64,000 nt of DNA from Calditrichales bacterium (GTDB lineage Bacteria; Calditrichota; Calditrichia; Calditrichales; J004). The notes under the pieces are model-generated. The model saw nothing but the letters and a program-made list of their open reading frames with translations, did no database searches and was not told the DNA's origin. This document shows, piece by piece, positions 57,293-64,000 of the stretch (the first letter of the stretch is position 1; every line of letters starts with the position of its first letter). Position numbers and translations under genes: made by a program. The DNA lies in NCBI GenBank assembly GCA_965267575.1, contig OZ254086.1:1152001-1216000 (forward strand), read 5' to 3'.

Positions 57293-57796
57293 ATGATGAA
57301 TTGTGACAAAGCTTTATCATTGTTATCCGACTACATTGACGGAACGCTTGATCCGGAAATCAAGCGTGAAGTGGAAACCCACCTTAACAACGACCCCGCA
57401 TGCATGGCCGTTTTCAGAGATGCTCAGAAAATACGCCTGCAATTTGGCAAAATGGAGCCGGTAAAAACATCAGCGGATTTTGATGCTAACTTAAGAAAAC
57501 GCATTATGGATTTTAACGCCGGCGGCGAAAAAAGTATCCTCAATGGCAAAAAAGGATTGTCACTGGCCTTTTCCGGCACAACGCTGGTAGTTGTTTTCGC
57601 CGTGATGATGTTCAGTGACTACGGGTCGGGTCCGCGGCCGGAACAGGAAAATATCCAGCCTTCGTCAACTATAGAGATTAAGACCAACAAAAATGCCGAC
57701 AGTGAGCTGGTAAAAAAAGAAGCGCTAAACGATTCGCTTAAAAAGCCGGATGAGATAAACACAGAGAATATTAAGACCGCCAGCGAAAAGAGATGA
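57293..57796 (+). CDS. Anti-sigma factor with zf-HC2-like N-terminus and one TM segment
   Basis: MNCD..LLSDYIDG.L....VETHLNNDPAC (first Cys of HxxxCxxC replaced by Asp). Confidence 0.82.
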   Translation: MMNCDKALSLLSDYIDGTLDPEIKREVETHLNNDPACMAVFRDAQKIRLQFGKMEPVKTSADFDANLRKRIMDFNAGGEKSILNGKKGLSLAFSGTTLVVVFAVMMFSDYGSGPRPEQENIQPSSTIEIKTNKNADSELVKKEALNDSLKKPDEINTENIKTASEKR

Positions 57797-57856
57797 CTTT
57801 CACACTCTGACAGCTTATATTTTTTTATAATAGTAAGCTAAAACGGGGCGCATTCT

Positions 57857-59155
57857 GTGAATTTTTACATCCTGGTTATTGTCATTCTGCTAATAGGCTT
57901 TTTTGTAAACCTTAGTTCACTAATTGGATTTTGGGGCAATTTTCTTTTTAAAGCATCCTTACTGGGTGCTTTTTTAATTCTATTCAAGAAAGAAAAACGC
58001 CTTTTTTCATTCCCCATACCCGGCAGGCAAACTTCCCCTGCCGCTCCCGAGGAAAATGCAGCGCCAAAACCGCCAATAAAAGAGAACATCAGGCGCAAGC
58101 AGGGCATCTCACTTCTGGATTGCCTTAATGACCAGGAGCATCACATAAAAGAGTTCGTTAAAAGCCAATTTGATATTTTATACAACTACCTCATCCCCAC
58201 AAACGGTTATGTTTTCTTAAGCGACAGGGAAGGCAACACCTATCTCGTTCACAAGGCGGTGAATCATCCGGAAAACTGGTCGGAGAGCCATAGCCTGCCC
58301 GGCTTTATCAATTTGATGACAAATACCGCGCGCGAAATTTTAATTGAGAATCATATTCAGAATGTATCAAACCTGATCCCCTTTTATGATCAGAGCGCGT
58401 ACAAACCCGCGTCGATCTTCGCCATGTATACGGAGCTTGAAAACGGCTACCGCCTTTACTGGGCCTTTGACAGCCAGGCGGCAGACCATTTTAACGAAGA
58501 AGAACTGATCTTACCGAAACAGGTGAATTTTACGACCAGTTATGTGCTCGACAATATTTTGCGCTACGAAAACCTGCTGCAGGAAAACTACGACACTGCG
58601 CGGCTAATGCAGCTGGCCGTAAGCCTTAACGGGGCCCATGACTTTAAACAGGCGCTGGACCTTTTTGTAGAAGCCATAAGCCGCGAATTTGTGGCCGACA
58701 AGCTTACAATTGCTTTCCGTGAAGAAAACGGACGTCAGCCAGAAAAAGCGCTCATTGAAAAATCCATCGGCCAGGAAGATTTCCTCAAAAGCGGGCAACG
58801 CTTCAACCTGGAAGACGGCTTGCATGGCTGGGTTATTATGAAAAACAAAATTTACCTGATTGAGGACATGGAACAGGGTGAATATTTCATTCCACGATTT
58901 TCAAAAAGCGAAAAAACCAATTATGGTTTACGTTCGTTCCTGTCCGTTCCCGTGGGCGATAAAGAGCGCGCTATGGGCATGGTTTCGCTTGAGCACAAAA
59001 AACCATCGGTCTATAAAATGGCGGAGAAGAACAAGCTGCACATGTATATCAATCTGCTCTCTTCCGTGATAAAACGATTTAGCGAAAAAGAAAATGATAC
59101 GGAAACGCCGCCTTCAGACACAAAAAAAAGGGATGAACCGAAGTCCATCCCCTGA
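57857..59155 (+). CDS. Membrane-anchored GAF-domain protein with no recognisable output domain
   Basis: Two N-terminal TM segments; C-terminal GLHGWVI...RSFLSVP...GMVSLE GAF pattern. Confidence 0.75.
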   Translation: MNFYILVIVILLIGFFVNLSSLIGFWGNFLFKASLLGAFLILFKKEKRLFSFPIPGRQTSPAAPEENAAPKPPIKENIRRKQGISLLDCLNDQEHHIKEFVKSQFDILYNYLIPTNGYVFLSDREGNTYLVHKAVNHPENWSESHSLPGFINLMTNTAREILIENHIQNVSNLIPFYDQSAYKPASIFAMYTELENGYRLYWAFDSQAADHFNEEELILPKQVNFTTSYVLDNILRYENLLQENYDTARLMQLAVSLNGAHDFKQALDLFVEAISREFVADKLTIAFREENGRQPEKALIEKSIGQEDFLKSGQRFNLEDGLHGWVIMKNKIYLIEDMEQGEYFIPRFSKSEKTNYGLRSFLSVPVGDKERAMGMVSLEHKKPSVYKMAEKNKLHMYINLLSSVIKRFSEKENDTETPPSDTKKRDEPKSIP

Positions 59156-59191
59156 ATCATCCCTGATCGATATTCCCAATCTTTTATGGCT

Positions 59192-59563
59192 TTAATGCTT
59201 TACGTATAAGCTGCGCAACGTTGTCCAGCGGTCAATATAGTGGCGCAGGTTTTTTATCTTTACCGGTTCGTTCACACACTCCAGGAAATTTTCGCGGTTG
59301 GTGGTAAGTCCCTTACTGGCCCCGATATAGATAACGGGAATATTTGACGTGTGCGGATCCATCCGGAGACGATTCAACGTGTCCACGCCGCCTTCTTCCG
59401 TGAAATTTTCGTTTAAAATAATTACGGCGGGTTTTTGAGAAGATACTTGTCTGAAAAGATCGACATGCCTGTGAACCGTAACAACCTTGTAGCTATATAC
59501 ATCCAGAACAGCTTGCATGGACCTAGCTTTATTTACGTCGTTCTCGCAAATAAAAATTTTCAT
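59192..59563 (-). CDS. Stand-alone atypical receiver-domain protein
   Basis: MKIFICEND...PAVIILNENF...IPVIYIG...VNEPV. Phospho-Asp position is Asn and the conserved Lys is Glu. Confidence 0.82.
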   Translation of the reverse strand: MKIFICENDVNKARSMQAVLDVYSYKVVTVHRHVDLFRQVSSQKPAVIILNENFTEEGGVDTLNRLRMDPHTSNIPVIYIGASKGLTTNRENFLECVNEPVKIKNLRHYIDRWTTLRSLYVKH

Positions 59564-59624
59564 TCTGTAACTCCTCTCGATTGCATATGTAAATTTGGTG
59601 CGGCTCTTATTTGACAATTTATAC

Positions 59625-59779
59625 TACAACCGGCATGCCAGACCCATAAGTGTATGTTTTTCATAAACTTAAGTCATATTATCTATAAGTATATGATTTT
59701 ACTTGACTTAAGGTCAAAATAGTTGTTTAAGATTGTAAAATATGCAAACTACCCAAAAAGCAGATTGCAATTTATACAC
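59625..59779 (-). promoter_or_regulatory. Candidate sigma54 promoter with two upstream palindromic activator sites
   Basis: TGGCATG-CCGG-TTGTA (59640-59625). TTGTAAAATATGCAA 59733-59747 and TTGCAATTTATACAC 59765-59779. IHF-like AAATCATATACTTA lies between. Confidence 0.6.
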
Positions 59780-61116
59780 TATTCGAGGCGGGAAACGAGA
59801 GTGCGGTAATTTATATTCAGGTATTTACAGGCTTCTTTCTTGTTCTTCTGAACGTGGTCATAAACAAGGCGCACATACATGCGTTGAAATTCTTCCAGTG
59901 TAAGGTTGTTGGAAAGCGCATATTGTAAAACAGGATTATCGTCCTGCTCATGCAGCTCTCCCTGGATATCCTTTATGGTAAGCACCTTATTATTTGTCAG
60001 CAGTAACCGGATCAGTGTGTTCTCAAGCTCGCGGATATTGCCTCGCCATTCCTGCTTTGACAGGTAAGCAATCAACGATGGATCAAATCTGGGCACCTGC
60101 TTATTGTTGCGTTCGCAATAACGGCTGCTGAAATGATCGATCAAAGCCGGAATATCATCAGGACGCTCCCTAAGCGGCGGTACATTGATCGGGATGACGT
60201 TTATACGGTAAAACAGGTCTTCACGAAAATTCTTTTCTTTAACTTCATCTTTCAGATTTCTGTTTGTAGCGGCCACCAGGCGGAAATCTGCCTTTATTTC
60301 CCTCGTTCCGCCAAGACGGTAAAAGCGCTTTTCCTGCAGAACGCGCAGTAACTTGGCCTGGATGCTCAGCGGCATTTCGCCAATCTCATCCAGAAACAGC
60401 GTACCGCTGGCGGCCAGCTCAAAGTGTCCTTTCTTCAGGTCCGTGGCTCCGGTAAAGGCGCCCTTTTCATGGCCAAACAATTCATTCTCCAGCAGGTTGT
60501 CGGGCAAGGCAGCGCTGTTTATGGCGATGAACGGTCCTTTTGATCTCTTGCCGCGGTTATGGATATGACGGGCGATCACCTCTTTTCCCGTGCCTGATTC
60601 ACCGGTAATCAGTATGGGCTCCTGGGTGTCCTTTGTATTTTCTACAAGTGTGAGAATGTTCTTCATCGGCTTGCTTACGGCCACAAACCCTTCCGGGTCA
60701 ATGTCGCTGGAAAGACGCAGCCGCAGCTGGCGGTTTTCGCGTTCCAGCTTTTGCATGCGGATTGCGCGCTTCACAAGCAAGGGCAATTCATCCTGAATAT
60801 TTTCACCCTTGAAGAAATAGGAGTAGGCGCCACGCTTTTGTGCTTCCAGTGCATGCTGATGGTCTTTGGAGGAAGTAATGACAATAATTTTGGCATCCGT
60901 GCCGCGGGCAATAATGAAATCTAAAATAGTAAAACCCTGCTCTATCTGCGGCAGGCCCAGATCCTGAACAACAATATCCGGCTTAAAGCTTTCAAATATC
61001 TGCCGTGCTTCATCGGTGGAGCCGGTCACTTCGTAATCATACTCTTCACCCAGCCACTTTTTATAGCGCTGCTGCCAGATAACATTATCTTCGACGATCA
61101 GGATTCTACAGGTCAT
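59779..61116 (-). CDS. Sigma54-dependent response regulator (NtrC family)
   Basis: Receiver [43 protein letters not shown]-terminal Fis-type HTH. Confidence 0.96.
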   Translation of the reverse strand: MTCRILIVEDNVIWQQRYKKWLGEEYDYEVTGSTDEARQIFESFKPDIVVQDLGLPQIEQGFTILDFIIARGTDAKIIVITSSKDHQHALEAQKRGAYSYFFKGENIQDELPLLVKRAIRMQKLERENRQLRLRLSSDIDPEGFVAVSKPMKNILTLVENTKDTQEPILITGESGTGKEVIARHIHNRGKRSKGPFIAINSAALPDNLLENELFGHEKGAFTGATDLKKGHFELAASGTLFLDEIGEMPLSIQAKLLRVLQEKRFYRLGGTREIKADFRLVAATNRNLKDEVKEKNFREDLFYRINVIPINVPPLRERPDDIPALIDHFSSRYCERNNKQVPRFDPSLIAYLSKQEWRGNIRELENTLIRLLLTNNKVLTIKDIQGELHEQDDNPVLQYALSNNLTLEEFQRMYVRLVYDHVQKNKKEACKYLNINYRTLVSRLE

Positions 61117-62122
61117 TATTCTTTACCGGAATTAAAATTACAACTGTCGTGCGGGGCGCTAACGATGAAATTGTTAAGGTGCCCCCATGTTCGTTAATTA
61201 TTTTTTCCGCAATTGTTAAACCCAGGCCCGGGTGACCGCTATATTTTTTGGTCGTAAAGAAAGGCTTTTTGATATAGGGCAGAAAATCCGCGGGCACACC
61301 GCCGCCGTCATCGGAGACCGACAATTCGCACCACTTTGTCTCCGGAACAACCCCGACTCCTTCCTGTAGCCGGCACTCGATATGAACGCGATCCATGCTT
61401 TCCGTCATCTCGATTGCATTTTTTACAATCTCGTTAAATGCCCGTGAAAAGAGCTCCACATCCACATTAACTATAAAAGAGGAATGGGTTTCCGGGATGG
61501 CCGGCATATTCAGCTCCAGCAGCGAAAGGGAGTCGCGGATAAACACATCGATGGCGATGTCGCTTTTGAACAGCTCAAAATCGCGCAAAAGAAAAAGCAG
61601 GTCTTTGTTAACCTTGTTCTGGTAATCAAGCCGCATCGTGCGTTCATCTTCATCCACATCCCGCTTATTGATATCAACCAGGGATTGCACGTCATGCATC
61701 ATTTGAGAAATCAGATGCCCGTAAAAATTATCACTGCCGTTTACCGTGCTTTGATGCACCTTGTCCAGCATGGCCGCCAGATGCTGCCAGACTTTCAAGA
61801 CCGGCTCTAATTCACCAAGCACGGAAGAAGGCCCCGTAAACAAAAACTGCTTTTGCGATTGTCTCCCGGGGATATCAAAAGCATAAAAAAGGTCATTAAC
61901 GTTTATTGTACCGCCGGTCTGCAAATATCTTGCGGGCAGGCGCAGGCCGCTGTCTTCACGCTCGGCCTCTCCTTCCAGCAGCAATGCCGCCGTGGGCATG
62001 GCCGTTATACTGTAACATTTGATTGTAGTTTTAATTTTGCCCCGGATATAATCTCGTGTGATCAACGCCAGTTGTTTACGGTTGCCCGCTTCCCTGCATT
62101 GTTCCAGATATCGTTCAATCAT
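61106..62122 (-). CDS. Cytoplasmic sensor histidine kinase
   Basis: QMMHDVQS (H box), EIVKNAIE, DDGGGVP, FFTTK, GLGLTIA; start ATG 62122 overlaps the mazG end. Confidence 0.85.
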   Translation of the reverse strand: MIERYLEQCREAGNRKQLALITRDYIRGKIKTTIKCYSITAMPTAALLLEGEAEREDSGLRLPARYLQTGGTINVNDLFYAFDIPGRQSQKQFLFTGPSSVLGELEPVLKVWQHLAAMLDKVHQSTVNGSDNFYGHLISQMMHDVQSLVDINKRDVDEDERTMRLDYQNKVNKDLLFLLRDFELFKSDIAIDVFIRDSLSLLELNMPAIPETHSSFIVNVDVELFSRAFNEIVKNAIEMTESMDRVHIECRLQEGVGVVPETKWCELSVSDDGGGVPADFLPYIKKPFFTTKKYSGHPGLGLTIAEKIINEHGGTLTISSLAPRTTVVILIPVKNNDL

Positions 62123-62885
62123 TGCCCGATGTACCTTCCTTGGCGTTTTGCCAGAATTTTTCCAATGTTTCCAGATCTGCTCCGGACATTTTGTCCATAT
62201 CGTAATTAAACTGCTTTTCAATGAAAGCAAAGCGCTGCCTGAATTTGCGGTTGGTCTGGTTGAGCGCATCCTCGCTTACCACGTTAAGAAAACGTCCCAG
62301 GTTAACGATGGCAAAAAGTATGTCCCCATACTCTTCTCGGACCGTTTCGGTGTCGTTGTTGTGGACGGCCTGCTTTAGTTCGTCCAGCTCCTCCTGCAGC
62401 TTATCGATTACCGCGTCGATGCGCTTCCACTCAAAGCCGACGGTGGCGGCTTTTTCCTGCATGCGTTGCGCCTTCAGCAGGGCCGGCATACTGTCCGGAA
62501 TACCGCTCAGCATGGAGTCGCGCCGCTCTTTCTTGTACTTGTTCTGTTCCCAGTTGCGCTGTACTTCTTCGGCGGTGATGCCGGTTTCACGCTGAAATAC
62601 ATGGGGGTGGCGCTCTACCATCTTGTCCGAAATCCGGCTCACCACATCATCAAAGGAAAAGCGCTTCTGCTCCCCGGCGATGGCGCTGTGAAACACGATT
62701 TGCAGAAGCAGATCGCCCAGCTCACCTTTCAAAGCTTCAAAATCATTTTGGTCGATTGCTTCGGTTACCTCGTGCGCTTCCTCCAAAAGGTAGCGCTTCA
62801 GGCTTTCGTGCGTTTGCTCTGCATCCCACGGACAGTGACGCCGCAACAGCTCCATTATCCTTAAAAAACGATCCATTTCCTGCAT
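62115..62885 (-). CDS. mazG: Nucleoside triphosphate pyrophosphohydrolase
   Basis: CPWDAEQTHESL, EEAHE, ELGDLLLQIVFH, RHPHVF, EEYGDILFAIVN. Confidence 0.97.
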   Translation of the reverse strand: MQEMDRFLRIMELLRRHCPWDAEQTHESLKRYLLEEAHEVTEAIDQNDFEALKGELGDLLLQIVFHSAIAGEQKRFSFDDVVSRISDKMVERHPHVFQRETGITAEEVQRNWEQNKYKKERRDSMLSGIPDSMPALLKAQRMQEKAATVGFEWKRIDAVIDKLQEELDELKQAVHNNDTETVREEYGDILFAIVNLGRFLNVVSEDALNQTNRKFRQRFAFIEKQFNYDMDKMSGADLETLEKFWQNAKEGTSGND

Positions 62886-63043
62886 ATAAAATTCTCAAAA
62901 AATTTTCGATTGTATTTTTTGCAATCTACAAAACAAGACCCAAAAATGCGACAATCTGTGGCAGGCAAAAAACAAAATTCTAAATTGAAAAAATAGCGCA
63001 AAGGTTTTACTTTGCACAGCTTTATAAATACGGAGCTGCCAAT

Positions 63044-64000
63044 ATGAAATCCATTGCCATTTTAACAAGCGGCGGCGATGCCCCGGGTATGAACGCTACC
63101 ATTCGTGCCGCCACGCGTACTGCCATCCGCAGGGAAATGAAAGTATACGGAATCCATCGCGGATATTCCGGCCTGGTGTACAGGGAATATGAAGAATTCA
63201 AGCGACATTCGGTTTCAAATATCATTCAGCGCGGCGGGACGATCCTGAAAACCTCGCGTTGCGATGAATGGCGCACACCGCCGGGACGGGAAAAGGGCGC
63301 CAAATTTCTGCGTGAACTGGGCGTGGAAGGCCTGATCGCTATTGGCGGTGACGGCACATTCCGTGGACTGCATTATTTTTCCAAGGAGCATGATATCCCC
63401 GTTATTGGCATTCCCGCCACCATCGATAACGATATTTACGGCACCGATTTTACTATCGGTTACGACACGGCTGTCAATATCGCCATGGAAGCAATCGATA
63501 AAATACGCGATACGGCTGACTCCCACGAACGCCTTTTTGTTATCGAGGTAATGGGCCGCAACTCAGGGTATATCGCGCTCTGTACGGGCGTTGCGGGCGG
63601 GGCTGAAGAAATCCTGATCCCTGAGCGCGAAATAAAGGTAGAGGAGATTGCCGAGCGCATTTTTGAAGGCCGAAAAATGGGCAAAACCAGCAGCGTTGTC
63701 GTGGTGGCGGAAGGCGATGAGGAAGGCAAATCCTACACGCTGGCCAATAAGATAAAGCGTATCAGCGGAATGGATTACAGGATGGTTGTGCTCGGGCATA
63801 TTCAGCGCGGTGGTTCGCCCACTGCCCGCGACCGCGTTCTGGGCAGCACGCTGGGCTGTGAGGCCGTGCTCGGTCTGGAGAACGGCCGCAACAAAGAAAT
63901 GGTGGGCGTGGTCAACGGTGAAATCACCTTTACGCCGCTGGAAGATTCCTGGAAAAAGAAAAAGGACGTGGACGAGGAGCTGTTTAAACTGAACGCCTAC
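63044..64000 (+). CDS. pfkA: ATP-dependent 6-phosphofructokinase; 3' end runs off the window
   Basis: Translated by hand, not in ORF track: MKSIAILTSGGDAPGMNA, GGTILKTSRC, IGGDG, PATIDND, EVMGR, LGHIQRGG. Confidence 0.97.
   Translation, partial: MKSIAILTSGGDAPGMNATIRAATRTAIRREMKVYGIHRGYSGLVYREYEEFKRHSVSNIIQRGGTILKTSRCDEWRTPPGREKGAKFLRELGVEGLIAIGGDGTFRGLHYFSKEHDIPVIGIPATIDNDIYGTDFTIGYDTAVNIAMEAIDKIRDTADSHERLFVIEVMGRNSGYIALCTGVAGGAEEILIPEREIKVEEIAERIFEGRKMGKTSSVVVVAEGDEEGKSYTLANKIKRISGMDYRMVVLGHIQRGGSPTARDRVLGSTLGCEAVLGLENGRNKEMVGVVNGEITFTPLEDSWKKKKDVDEELFKLNAY

Noticed and set aside
61106-62269. 387-aa version of the histidine kinase
   Set aside because: The first 49 codons overlap mazG; ATG 62122 at the mazG stop is the more plausible start.

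Overview
Bacterial chromosomal window, probably from a Calditrichota/Ignavibacteria-like FCB-group organism (inferred from 13 coding sequences ending in a Por/T9SS-type '(N/S)YPNPFN...K(M/V/I)xL(L/I/V)(K/R)' sorting domain within the first 36 kb). The left half (1-37 kb) is rich in secreted proteins. It holds an edge-truncated five-heme cytochrome c with a sorting domain (absent from the ORF track), cydAB, S41, M4/M36-like and M13 peptidases, propeller proteins and a secreted amidase. It also holds a tandem array of two ~3.4-kb two-gene cassettes whose junctions lie inside sorting-domain coding sequence and whose copies alternate near-identical and divergent blocks. A second mosaic locus at 30.8-33.1 kb pairs a lipoprotein with a decayed secreted-protein gene. 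The right half is mostly housekeeping: trpF-like, ABC exporter, MYG1, methyltransferases, TetR-TolC-MFP-RND efflux operon, uppP, holA, ECF sigma/anti-sigma, mazG-kinase-sigma54 activator-atypical receiver and pfkA. It also contains an IS200/IS605-type Y1 transposase embedded in composite two-hairpin REP/REPIN-like units. Several other intergenic palindromic repeat families and 7/8-mer tandem repeats occur. No rRNA, tRNA or CRISPR array was seen. Functional calls come from motif recognition by eye; no searches were run.
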